NCBI RefSeq assembly: GCF_018350175.1
Contig: NC_058368.1
Coordinates: 135,224,001-135,288,000 of the forward strand
Source of the DNA: Felis catus
Lineage: Eukaryota
Length of the DNA: 64,000 bases
Direction: 5' to 3'
The stretch's first letter is position 1; the number at the start of each line of letters is the position of its first letter. A program made the position numbers and the translations under genes. This document shows positions 38,405-50,650 of the stretch, one piece after another. The notes under the pieces are model-generated. The model did no database searches and was not told the DNA's origin. It saw only the letters and a program-made list of their open reading frames with translations.

Positions 38405-38604
38405 ATGTTGATTTATTTACTTTGAGAGAGAGACACAGAGTGCAAGTGGGGGAGAGGGGCAGAGAGGGAGAGAGAGAATCCAAAGTAGGCTCCACGCTGT
38501 CAGTGCAGAGCCCGACATGGGACTCAATCTCACATAGCATAAGATCATGACCTGAGCCGAAATCAAGAGTCGAATGCTTAACCTACTGAGCCACCCAGGC
38601 GCCC
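38405..38604 (-). mobile_element. SINEC
   Basis: Reverse copy with aaatcaagagtcg variant. Confidence 0.94.
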
Positions 38605-40239
38605 TCAGAGTATTTTTAAGGTCTCCAACTCTGCAAATGAAAGATTCTGACATAGGTGGGATTGATACTCAGACTGGGATAAAGGTTTACACAGTAGAAA
38701 AACGGGGGGGGGGCAGTGTAGAATAGTTTGGGGGAGTGGTGTCTTATCTCCAAAGAAACAAAATTTAAGGGACATAGAGTCATTTTCAGGTGAAAGCTGA
38801 GCTCTAAAAAAACACATGAATTTAGGAACCTAGCAAGTCAAAGCCCCATGTTGCCATTTTGGCACACAAAATAATCCTCAGGCTACCTACTCCCCTGCCC
38901 CTCCACTCCTCACCCCTCTCTGTTCACTTCCACCATCAAAACACTTTCTAGGCTTAGAATAGGATGCTTCTTGGGTTTTATCAACTATTAGTTAAATGAT
39001 AAAATGTCAATATCATTCTGTCTTTTTTTGTTATTATTCTGTCTTTATAAATACAAACACTGTTAGTGATCAGTCTGGGAATCACCCAGAAAAACAAACT
39101 CAGAAAAACCACTGCTCTAGCCTACGTTATAACCTCTTCAGCAAATAAATAAACAAATAAGAATTTAAAAGTCTAAGTAAGAGACAGAAAAAGAGGCCAT
39201 GCCTATGCCCTGCCTCTCTTAAGCAATCAGAGCTCTTAGAATAGCTCTGTTGCTGGGGCAGAAGCAAATAATCTTTTGCTCTCCCTAAGCATTAAATCTT
39301 CCACATGTCTTTAGCACTCTCCATGGGCATACTGGTGCCAAAGCAGAGAAAGATTTAATTTCATGTTGCTAGGTTTTCGCTTTTCTATGGTTAATAAAGA
39401 GGCAGGTGCAGTCAGCTGGGCTGTTGGAAAAAAATGGGGAGAGGGTAAAAAGTGTTTCTTTGACCAACTTCAAAATTTGCAAAACCACAAGATAAGACAA
39501 CTCATAACTTGTTCCAAGCACCTATATCTCATTCACTTTAAAGGGAGGTGCTTCCAAAAGTATTTCACGTTTACAAATGCAATTATTTTGCCAGTATAGG
39601 GCACTCTGAGCTTTACACACAGCAATTTCTGAGCCCTTCACCTACCCCTTCAAAATTAAAGATTTAAATATGTAATACAGTAAGCCTCAAATTCTAGCTG
39701 TCAAATTGATGAGTTGTGGGTGACAGAGATGCACACATACCCAGAGCTCTCGAGAGTTAAAGGGTAAGTCAGTGTCACCTATCCCCCTGGTAAAGGAAAA
39801 TTGGTCCGTGTAAAAAGAAAGATTAATTCTTTTAGAGGATTGTATTTAATAAAATAATTGGTTGGTAACTAAATGGCTGGCTGAATTTGGTCCATTTTCT
39901 CGTTTTGGAGCCATCAATGTGGCCTCAGTTTTCATCTTTAGTTCAATCTTTGGCTATATTGAGATTTTTATTGAGTGCTTATACCAAAGGGTAGGAAGGA
40001 AAAAGCAGGAGGGGCATGAGCCACAGTTCGTCATTTTTGTCACCTAATAGAAAAGTGGGTTCATGTATAACTTCTCTTTAGAATCTCTTGGTTCTGAGCA
40101 GATGGCAGATATTTAATACATGTCTCTTGAATATGTAAATGAATCATGGTACCCATCTGGTACAGGCAAATTCTACACTGGGGATTGTGGTTGCCTCTGT
40201 AACATACACTGCACTTTTCTCTTATTGAGAAAAAGCAAC

Positions 40240-40695
40240 AGTGTCTGAGGGAACAACCTCATTTAAAGAGGTGGACCTGGCTGATTGTACGTAATCTCAA
40301 CCCATCTTGCTGTGACTGTCTACGAAATGGTCATGTGACCTTTGCTGCTGGCCAGTGCAAAAGAAAAGAGGTTTGAGGGGATGTTTTTCTTGGTTCTGAA
40401 GACAGAGCAACAGGAAGCCAGTTTTCTCTTCCTCTGTGTATGTGAATAACGAGGCTTATAGCCCCAAATGGCAGCCATTTTGTGGCACAAGAAAAACCAA
40501 CCTGAGAATGAAACCAAAGCTTAAAACAGCAGAATGAAGAGACAGAGAGAACCTGGCCTTTTGATGGTATTTTTGACTCACTGAATCAAACATAAAGCCC
40601 ACTCTACTTCAGAACTGAGTGATATAAGACCTAATATTCCTGTTGTTTAAACTAGTTTGAGTTCAGTAGTCTATTTCTTGGAAATGAACTGGAAT
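40240..40695 (+). mobile_element. MLT1-type (MaLR) LTR remnant
   Basis: tggtcatgtgacc..gcagccattttg..cctgagaatgaaacc..tgtttaaactagtttgagtt. Confidence 0.65.
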
Positions 40696-40872
40696 GATGT
40701 GATGATCGACACCATTTGCAAAAAGAGATTTTTAAAAAATTTAATTATTTCAAATATCCAGTTTACCTCTCTTTGAAATGGACATCATTAGTTAACTTTG
40801 TATTACTTAAGTGTCCTTAACAGTCCCTTCTCACTAAAAGCTGATTTTAAGAATTTAAAATCTGCAAAGGCA

Positions 40873-41088
40873 GGACGCCTGGGTGGCGCAGTCGGTTAAG
40901 CGTCCGACTTCAGCCAGGTCACGATCTCGCGGTCCGTGAGTTCGAGCCCCACGTCAGGCTCTGGGCTGATGGCTCAGAGCCTGGAGCCTGGTTCCGATTC
41001 TGTGTCTCCCTCTCTCTCTGCCCCTCCCCCGTTCATGCTCTGTCTCTCTCTGTCCCAAAAATAAATAAAAAACGCTGAAAAAAAATTT
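40873..41088 (+). mobile_element. Young feline SINEC
   Basis: TSD aaaatctRcaaaggca at 40857-40872 and 41089-41104. Confidence 0.97.
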
Positions 41089-41449
41089 AAAATCTACAAA
41101 GGCAATAGGAAATTAGGGCTGATAGCATATAGCCCCTGTGGAAATTATGCTTTCATTTATATCAGTGTTTTACAGCAAATCTTTCAGTGCAGTTTTTTGG
41201 TTCTTGTAGTTTGGTTATATTTTGGTTAGTATTTTTCTTTTATATTTTATTTATTCTTGGGCATCTCTAATCCAAATCTGTATAGAAGTAACTTAAGCCA
41301 TGTTGTAGAATGGACAGGAAAGCCCCACCAACCATGCCCACCTACTCTATAATTAACTGACCCTTCTTCCATACATCCAATGAAACGCCCATTCTCTAAC
41401 TGGGTAGTTGGGTATGAAACCTAACTGTCCATTTCTGGGCAGCACAGCC

Positions 41450-41665
41450 ACTAAAAGCATGGGCTTAAATCCTGACTCTGCCATTTATTAGCTGTGTGCT
41501 TTTGGGTGAAATACTTAACCTCTATACACCTCCATACATCCTTATGCAATTGAAGATAACAGTTGTATTGACCTTACACTATTATTATGTGGATTATATG
41601 AGATAATGCATGTGAATCACTTGGCATAGCGCCTGACATGTAGAAAGTGCTCAAGAAATATATAT
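41450..41665 (+). mobile_element. MIR
   Basis: aaatcctgactctgccatttattagctgtgtg..acttaacctct..gagataatgcatgtgaa..gcctgacatgtag. Confidence 0.85.
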
Positions 41666-43275
41666 TTTTTTAATTTTCCAAACAATTGTATTCACATGTG
41701 CCGAGAGTACATGGGCAGCACTAATGGATGAACAGTCAAGAAATATTATTAATTTTCACTTTACGGTGAAAGGGATCAATGTGTTTTACCTGGAAGGAAG
41801 ATGTTGGCATTTTAAAGTTGCAGCTTGATTAACCAAATTATTACCTAAATAAACGGAGTTTAGGAGAGAGCTGTTTGGGGACAATAGGCATAGTGGGATA
41901 TTCTCCCTCTTAATTTATTTCCTAGCTCCCTCACATGGAATTAGTCTAGATCCGTCTTCCCTCCCCTATCACCATAACACTTGAGAACTAACTCTGATTC
42001 CTTCCCTTGGAGTTCAGTGAAATAATAAGATAAGTTGTAACACAGCAGGATGACAGTATCCCGGCTTGGTGTAGAAACACTCAACATGGTCTCTTTTTAA
42101 AATCTAGAATATAGAAAATAAAGAAATAAATAACTGAAAAGAGGGGGAAAAAATCAACATAGCCTGGTTATATTGACTCCATTCTAAGAAAATTGAGAAA
42201 GTGCTTGAAGGATGCAGTAGAAAGTGCTCTGTCAGAGGTGGAGGGCTGGAGCAGTCACAGCCTCCCACAGTAGGTCACCGTCCTCATCTGTCTAATGAAG
42301 GTTGTGGATATGAACAGTGCTTTATACCATGTGCTTCCTAGAGCCTGGTCAGGGGCTGTCAGGGGGGAGAGCAAGAAGCAGGAGCACCGAATAGGAGCAC
42401 CAAGGACTAGTCACTGCGGTCCTCCCAATTGCTTTAACCAGAGCAGTGTCAGGACCACCTGGTTCATCTACCGTGTTACAACAAAAAGTTTGAACACACA
42501 CAAACGCTGAGCTAGATGGTCCCAAAGGGCCCTGCCAGCTCTAACTTTCCAGGCTTTCCCCCTCACGTGGCTCTGATCACCAATGTTCCCAGCACAGCCC
42601 AAGCTTTCTGTTTCTACCGAACCTACAACAGGATATTATCTGCTTTGCTGCTTCCACAGGCTTTGCCTGCCGGAAAGGCCTGGCATTCCACAGCTTCAAT
42701 GCTCCTTGATGAGAATACCTAGAGCAGTGAGTAAATGAGCCCACAGAGACACTGGGGAAGCAGGGGGCATCACATGAACACCAGGAAGCCTGATCCTGAA
42801 GGCAGAAAGGAAGAGGCCTCAGACTAGGTGCTGTGCAAGTTGCGGGGTCTCTTTAGAAGTTCCTGAGCTGAGCTTCTTCGTGAACCGCCATTCTTTCCCC
42901 TACCCCACCCTCAATGTCCCCAGCCAAGCAAGACTAGACAAATGCCATGTGATTACTCTCAGTACACTTAATTTATTCAGGCTCACCTAGCTATTCTCTC
43001 TCAGAGTCCCTGCAGAGTCCAAGATGGAGTTCATCAAGCTAAATGGGATGGTCTATGAATGGTGGGATTCACTGGTCAAAAACAAGGATTTGCAACATTA
43101 ATTTTAATCAAATGACAATAACAGATCTTTTCCTTAGTCTATTTGAACTCCTTAATTTTCTAATTCAATTTTCGTGTCATCCAAACATATCAAAAAGCAT
43201 TAAAAACCTTCAAACAAAACAAAAATTCATGTCCCCGCCACTCAGCTTTGTCAAAGCTTAAAATTTTTCCTTCTA

Positions 43276-43516
43276 GGGGCGCCTGGGTGGCGCAGTCGGT
43301 TAAGCGTCCGACTTCAGCCAGGTCACGATCTCGCGGTCCGGGAGTTCGAGCCCCGCGTCGGGCTCTGGGCTGATGGCTCAGAGCCTGGAGCCTGTTTCCG
43401 ATTCTGTGTCTCCCTCTCTCTCTGCCCCTCCCCCGTTCATGCTCTGTCTCTCTCTGTCCCAAAAATAAATAAACGTTGAAAAAAAAATTTAAAAAAAAAA
43501 AAAAAAAAAAGAAAGA
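43276..43516 (+). mobile_element. Very young feline SINEC
   Basis: CpG-intact copy, long A tail; perfect 16-bp TSD aaaatttttccttcta at 43260-43275 and 43517-43532. Confidence 0.98.
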
Positions 43517-44495
43517 AAAATTTTTCCTTCTATCTTTACAGCTTCAGGGTCTTTGAAGGGAAAAAAATAATGCAGATATGACAGCCCCCTCCTCAATCCC
43601 ATTATTCTTCTCACATTCGCCTCTGCAGAAAAACTATTATCTTTAATTTGGTGTTTCTCACTTTCACTCATGTTTTCATAATATTTTATAATATGTAATA
43701 AATATTTGTATATTAAAAATGTGTGTGAAATACATAACTATAAAATGTGTATATTCATGAACAATATATATAGCATTATGCTATATTCTGCAGTTATTTT
43801 TTCTAATTTTTGGTTTAAGATTTTACTTTTGAGGTCTATCCACACTGAGACATGTGGGTCTAGATCACCTTAACTTCAGTGTATGTTTTCGTATGAACAT
43901 GCTTCAACTTACCTATTCTCCAATGGATGGAAATTAAGGCTGTTTCCAATTTCCATCCATTGCAAATGATACTACATTCAACATTCATATCCACGTGTAA
44001 AAAAATTTCTCTAGGGTAGTAGAGAAGTCCTGGGGTGAAAATTAAGTTCATTTTAAATTTTATTTGATGTTACCAAATTGCTTTCCAAAGCGGCTATTCC
44101 AATGCACATCCCACTTCACACACCCACTAGCAGAATGTGAATATTTCTTTGTCCCAAATCCTCCCCAACACTGGAATTTGCAGACTTATCAGTTTTTACA
44201 AACCTGATAGGCATGAAAAACTATGTCATTGTAGTTTTAATTAGCTTTTCCAGGATCACTGGGAAGGGCGAAAAACTTCTCAAATGTATATTAGTCATTC
44301 ATATTTCAGCTACTCTTAATTGCCTGTTCTTATTCTTTGCTTACTTATATGTTGACTCGTCATTTTCTTATTGTTTTCTGGAAGTTCTTTAAATATTCCA
44401 GGTGTTATTCCTCCATCAGTTACATATATTGCAAATATCTTCTTTCCCGTTATGACCTGACGTTTAGTTACAATAACTCTGTAGTACAAAACCTT

Positions 44496-44545
44496 TAAAG
44501 GAGCCAAAGTTATCGGTACTTAAAGGAGCCAAAGTTATCGGTACT
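44496..44545. repeat. Perfect 25-bp tandem duplication
   Basis: taaaggagccaaagttatcggtact x2. Confidence 0.95.
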
Positions 44546-44966
44546 TTCTTTGGTAACATAGTTTTCATGCCTTAAGAGTTCTCCTCCTACCTCAAAGTCA
44601 TCAAAGTATTTCTGTGTATTTTTTTGTAAAAGTTTTAAAGTTTTAGAATTTATACATAGCCAATCTACTTGGAATCAAACTTTTATATATAGAATGAGGC
44701 AGAGATAGAGTTTTCTTTTTCCATAGATAAAATCAATTGTCTCAGCACCATTTATTTTTTTTAAATAGTCTAAAAATTTTTTCCCACTAATTTACAATGT
44801 TACTACTATCGCATATTAAGTAATTATTCAAACAAGGGTCAAATCTCTATTAGATCGCACTGGTCTGTCTATATATTCCTATGGCACTGCCTTCTATTTT
44901 AATTATTTCAGCATTTAATAAGTCCTGATACCAGTTGGGCAAGTCTTTCTGCCCTTGCTCTACTTT

Positions 44967-45195
44967 AAAAAAAAATTTTTTTTTATGTTTTATTTTTGAG
45001 AGAGAGACAGAGAGAGAGAGACATAGCACCAGTGGGGGAGGGGTAGAGACAGAGGGGAAGGCACAGAATCTGAAGCAGGCTCCAGGCTCTGAGCTGTCAG
45101 CACAGAACCTGACTCAGGGCTCGAACTCACCAGCCACAAGATCATGACCTGAGCCGAAGTCGGACGCTTAACCAATTGAGCCGCCCAGGCACCCC
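44967..45195 (-). mobile_element. SINEC
   Basis: TSD tgcccttgYtctacttt at 44950-44966 and 45196-45212. Confidence 0.96.
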
Positions 45196-45619
45196 TGCCC
45201 TTGTTCTACTTTTAAACTTCTTTGATTATCCTTGGCCATTTGCTTTTTTATATAAATTTTAGAATAAGATTGTCAAATATTTAAAAAAAGCTGTTGGGAT
45301 TTTGAATTTTATATTAACTTATGAAGCACTAACATCTTTAAACTATTGAATCTTGCCACCCATAGACATAATATATCCATTTACTTTGTATCCATTTATA
45401 TATATAATATGTATAATATATAATGGATATATAATACATATAATTAATCAGTGGATATATAATATATAATTAATGGATATATTATATATAGCATATATAA
45501 TATATAATGGATATATTATATCCATTTACTTTAATAAAATTTTGTAATTGCTTTCTTAAAATGGCTTGAATATTGTTAACTCTATTCCCAGACATCTTAG
45601 AGCTTTTATTACTTTTTTT

Positions 45620-45835
45620 AAAATTTTGCTTTAATCATTATTTATTTTTGAGAGAGAGAGAGAGCACGAGTGAGGGAGGGGCAGAGAGAGAGAGAGGGAG
45701 GCACAGAATCCCAAGCAGGCTCCAGTCTCTGAGACGTCAGCACAGAACCCAGCTCAGAGCTCAAACTCAGGAACCATGAGATCATGACCTGAGACGAAGT
45801 CTGACACTTAACCCACTAAGCCATTGAAGCACCCC
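45620..45835 (-). mobile_element. SINEC (diverged)
   Basis: Reverse copy; degenerate TSD agagcttttattactttt / agagttttcgttactttt. Confidence 0.92.
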
Positions 45836-46727
45836 AGAGTTTTCGTTACTTTTTAAAAAGATATTGTTACTTAAATTATGTTTTCTAACTGTGATGATTT
45901 TCTATCTCTGCGGCCAGTATTTAAGGATCTTAGTAATGGATGCTGTGATTTACCACCCAGATGTCCCTTTAAGACAGAAGGACTTATATGCCCAGCAGCG
46001 GGATATGCTACTACCAAACAGCCCCCAGCTGTTGGCCCTCTTTAGGAGTGTCTTACCTTACCTCACATAGCCTTTCCTAGGGAATCCCACATGCAAAGGC
46101 TGATTAACAGGGAATATAGACTCATTCTCCGCACACCAGCTTCTGACAACTGTGAAGGGCCATCCCAGTTGTAGAGCTTCCCTACCACAGTCTCCACTGA
46201 GACCACCTCCCACCCCATCTTCTTCTCTTTTCAGTCCTGCTTCCTTCCTGTCCTGTCCACAGGTACCAACCACAGAGGCGTGCTTTCTGCAAGCTGATCT
46301 CTACCCCAGGATCTGCTTCCTGGAGAATGCCGCGTGAAGCAGTGTATGAAAGCAGGTGCTAGGATGAGATTCTGCAGCTGGGTCACCCTCTGCCTGACTG
46401 AGGATGAGGACCCATCACTGGCACAAAGTCAAGATGAAATTATTAAAACTTCCATCTGTGGTAAACTGACAGGGTATTCTGGTAAGAGTGCACAAGAGAA
46501 TGTGATAAGGCATTTGAAAAACATGGGGAAAATTATAACTACAGGGACCGTGGAACTGGGTGGCTATAGCTAAGATTTGTTAATCCTTTGAAAAATATCT
46601 AGGAAGACTAATAGAAATTAATTATCAATTAAAAACTAAATGTGAAAGCTCAAGGAAGTGGCTCTTGAATCTTGCATCCTAAGGAAAGAGGAAGCAAGGA
46701 CTTAACCTGAATTGTCGCAGAACTCCA

Positions 46728-46939
46728 GGGCACCTGGGTGGCTCAGTGTGCTGAGTCCGACTTCGGCTCAGGTCATGATCTCGCAGTTCGTGAGTACCAG
46801 TCCCGCGTCGGGCTCTGTGCTGACAGCTTGAAGCCTGCTTTGGATTCTGTGTCTCGAGCTCTCTCTCTGCCCCTCCCCTGCTCATGCTCTGTCTCTCCCT
46901 CTCTTTCAAAAATAAATAAACATTAAAAAAAAAAAAAAA
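46728..46939 (+). mobile_element. SINEC within provirus
   Basis: TSD core gcagaactcca on both sides. Confidence 0.95.
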
Positions 46940-47549
46940 GAAGAGTAGCAGAACTCCAAAGAAGATTAAGCTCTCCGTTCACGCTGGTCAGTCAGCTATG
47001 TAAGTTCAGAACCCTGGCTGGGAGAAAATGAATGGGGATACCTGGGGGGAGGGGAGGGATGCACCTGAAACTCTTTAATCTTCACATTCCCCAGAATCAT
47101 CTGAGCTTGCAGAAGTAGTCCAGCCCTCACTCTTAAAGTCTATTCTTTCCCTCTTACTTGCACCTCCCGAAGAAGCCTCTCTCCTGCAGGACAACATGCC
47201 TCCCTCTCGGGATCAGTCTCTATATCCTCTCCGGGTAATGAGGACAGTAATGAAGGTTAATCCAACCTGGATGTGCTGAGCCTGGTAAAGAAGGAAAGAG
47301 AATTTGCCAAAAGGGAGCTGCAGGACCCAAAAACATGTCCCAGCAGGAGCCAGGAAACTGTGCACTGAACTGGTTTCTGAGGATCTTGGTTCACTGGAGG
47401 CAGAATATAAAGTGGAAGAAGGGAGAGTTTATTAATTTAGGGGCACTGTGGCAGGACATGGGATTTAACATGGGTCCTGTTACGGATGTTGGGAGATTAT
47501 GCAAACACCCTGCTAGGAAGGCTCCCAGACCCGTAAAAAAGCTATGGCC

Positions 47550-47733
47550 CAAGGGTGCACAGACTACAATCCCAGTGCCTTATTTTTGTATAGCCTGAAA
47601 GCTAAGAATGTTTTTTCCATTTTTAAAGGGCTATAAAAAATAAACAAAGATATGCACGCAAGGCTGTTTGTGGCTCACAAAGTCTAAAATATTTACTCTC
47701 TGGCCCTTTATAGCAAAAGTTTGTTTGACTCTG
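47550..47733 (-). mobile_element. MER58-like hAT MITE within provirus gag
   Basis: tgtggctcacaaagtctaaaatatttactctctggccctttatagcaaaagtttg. Confidence 0.8.
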
Positions 47734-49063
47734 GCCCACGCTAAGTTAATGCAGAAATGCCTGAATTACCAAGGCAGAGAGAGAGAAGAAATAGTAAAAA
47801 TAAAAAATAAAAAAAGACCTAGATAAGTAGGCATATAAGAGTGGACTCACCACGTAAGACTGAAAAATCCACAGGATAAAAATTCCCCATAGAAGGGCCC
47901 AGAGCAATAAAAAAAAAAAAAAATGCTGGTGAGAGGACCATCAGCCTCCTTAAGTTCAGTGGTAGCTCCTCTCTGCAGGCCAGAAATGACCGTAGCAGAG
48001 GTCATTACAAAACTGGGCTCACTGATAGCAGTGGGGATAGAACCCCAGAAAAATAGAGGCCAGATGGCAGCAGTTAACTGTTAGAAGCCAAGGAGATGGA
48101 ATTATCATAATGAGTAGCAGGTTCTGAAATGGTGGGGATATTAACACTAATTATCAGGACAATGAAGGGTTGCTGTTACATGAAGTAGGCAGGGAAGAAT
48201 ACATTGGGCATTTAAGTGAGGTGTCTGGTGCCTCTTGCTAGTACCTGGCCCAACTTTGACAGTAATTGGACAGTTGCAGCCATCCTGACCTGAGAAGGAC
48301 ACCATGACCAGGGTATCAGACCTGTCAGAAGTGAGGATCTGGGTCACCCACCAGGTTCACCACTGGGACTAGCAGAGATGGTACAAGAGAGCAGAGGAGG
48401 TCTAGGATACATAGCAAGGCAGCAATCAGTGAGTATCAGTCACGGTCCATGCTGTTCCACTGGGGGCCGTAGTCCATCCCACTCAGCGTCCTCCTATGAG
48501 TTCCCTCCAAGGAAAAGACTCCCATCGAGATCCTGAAAGAATGGCTCCCAAAACTTAGATAAGTCGATCCCTGTGCCTCCCGCATCCCCCTTTAGGACTA
48601 AAATACTTATTCCCTTGGGTGCAAGGAAGAAATGACGACAGTTAGACCTCATCGACAAGCCCTCTTAAAGAAGTGTCTTGGCCAAAAGAGCTGTAAGCCC
48701 AGAGCCACATTACTTCCCAGGACATTGTACACCCAGTGATAGTCAACTTGGAAATAGAAAGGCCAGGCCTCCGCGCCCTATCTTGGGACAATCCTAAAGG
48801 GACTCGCCAGATTCAGATCTTCCCATGGGGTTGTCTGGGGCCTTCATGAGGACTGTGTCACAGCTCAACTTCTCCCTTTGCACAATCCTACTTCTTACCC
48901 ATCCCTTCCACAGGTATTGATATCAAGAACACAATCTAATAAACTATGTGCTAATCACCAGGTCAGAGTCAGCTTCTCTGGAACCCAACCTACAAGAATC
49001 TTCTATCCAACAACTTTATTACTTGAATTATTTGACAGTCTCTCTTGGATATATACATTGTCT

Positions 49064-49065
<2 letters not shown>

Positions 49066-49111
<46 letters not shown>
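49066..49111. repeat. (AC)23 microsatellite
   Basis: Perfect dinucleotide run. Confidence 0.97.
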
Positions 49112-49113
<2 letters not shown>

Positions 49114-49545
49114 AAAAGGGTTTTCTTCTTTTTCTAATGCTCCTATCTTTCTTCTTGTCTAACATCACTGACTAGAACATGCAGTACATTGATTAACAGA
49201 TGATGTGTTGACAGGCATTCTTGTCTTATTCCTCTTTGAAGGAAATGCCGTAGAGAATAATGTTTGCTCTAAAGTATTTGTAGATCATCTTCTATCAAAT
49301 ATTCCCCAACTTTCCATTTTACTAAGAATCTATCATAAAAATACATTGAATTTTTTAAGTTGTTTTTCCTGCTTCCATTTAAATGATTGCACATTTCTTC
49401 TTTAGTCAATAGTGCTATATTACATTTCTAAAACAGGTTCTATTGTAAAACCATCTTTACGTTAGTTTAAAAGCCCTACTTGGTTTACCCACACATACAT
49501 GCATACACATGCACACAAGTACACGTATATAAAACTCATGAAGAA

Positions 49546-49712
49546 GGGGCGCCTGGGTGGCTCAGTCAGTTAAACATCCAACTTTGGCTCAGGTCATGAT
49601 CTCGCAGTTCGTGGGTTCGAGCCTCACATCTGACTCTGTGCTGACAGCTTGGAGCCTGGAGCCTGGAGCCTGCTTTGGATTCTGGGTCTCCCTCTCTGCC
49701 TCTCCCCTGCTT

Positions 49713-49758
<46 letters not shown>

Positions 49759-49771
49759 AAAAATAAACATT
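49546..49771 (+). mobile_element. SINEC with expanded (CT)n
   Basis: Degenerate TSD taaaactcatgaaga / taaaattcaggaaga. Confidence 0.95.
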
Positions 49772-50229
49772 AAAATTCAGGAAGATATAACTGGATTCTG
49801 ACTTGCTTATATTTTATTTATGGCTTCAGTCCTATGTTTATTTGTGATTATTGGTCTTCAATTTTTTTCATATTGACCTTTTCTGTTTGTAATATTAAGT
49901 TTATCTGATTTTCTGTCAAAGTTATGCCAGTCTCATAAAATGAGTTGGGGAGCACTCTTTTTATGAAAACATTTGTTTAAGATTGAATGTTTGATAAAAC
50001 TTGCCTGTAAATTAGGAGTTTGAAATGAGCATGTGTGTGTGTGCATATGTGTATATATACATACACAGGCATACATGCAGATTTTTATAAAAGACTGAAT
50101 TTTTTATTGATTATAACTATCTGTTTCTTCTTGAGTCAGTTTTGTAAATTTATATTTTTCTATGAAATAGTCTACGTCATCAAAGTTTTTAAGTTTACAG
50201 GTATTTGGGTAACCATACTATCCTCTGTG

Positions 50230-50650
50230 TTTTTTTTAATTTATATTTTTTATTTTAGAGAGAGAGTAGGGGAGAGGGGCAGAAAATGAAAGAGAGAATT
50301 TTATTTTTTTTTTAATTTTTTTTTAACGTTTATTTACTTTTGAGACAGAGAGAGACAGAGCATGAACGGGGGAGGGTCAGAGAGAGAGAGGGAGACACAG
50401 AATCTGAAACAGGCTCCAGGCTCTGAGCTGCCAGCACAGAGCCCGACGCGGGGCTCGAACTCACGAACTGTGAGATCATGACCTGAGCCGAAGTCGGACG
50501 TTTAACCGACTGAGCCACCCAGGCGCCCAAAAGAGAGAATTTTAAACAGGCTCCATGCCGACACTGGCGCTGGGTCCCATGACCCTCAGACCATGACCTG
50601 AGCCGAAATCAAGAGTCGGATGCTCAACCGACTGAGCCATTTAGGCCCCC
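50230..50650 (-). mobile_element. Older SINEC split by a nested SINEC
   Basis: Tail and 3' part at 50230-50303, head at 50530-50650. Confidence 0.88.
50304..50528 (-). mobile_element. SINEC nested in SINEC
   Basis: TSD aaagagagaatttta at 50289-50303 and 50530-50544. Confidence 0.96.

Larger units (their letters stand above)
45932..48997 (+). mobile_element. Internally deleted ERV-L-class provirus (LTR16 / ERV3-16A3-like)
   Basis: 5' LTR ~45932-46341, 3' LTR ~48570-48997, 5-bp TSD ATCTT at 45927-45931 and 48998-49002, gag-like remnant at 47335-47470. Confidence 0.8.
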
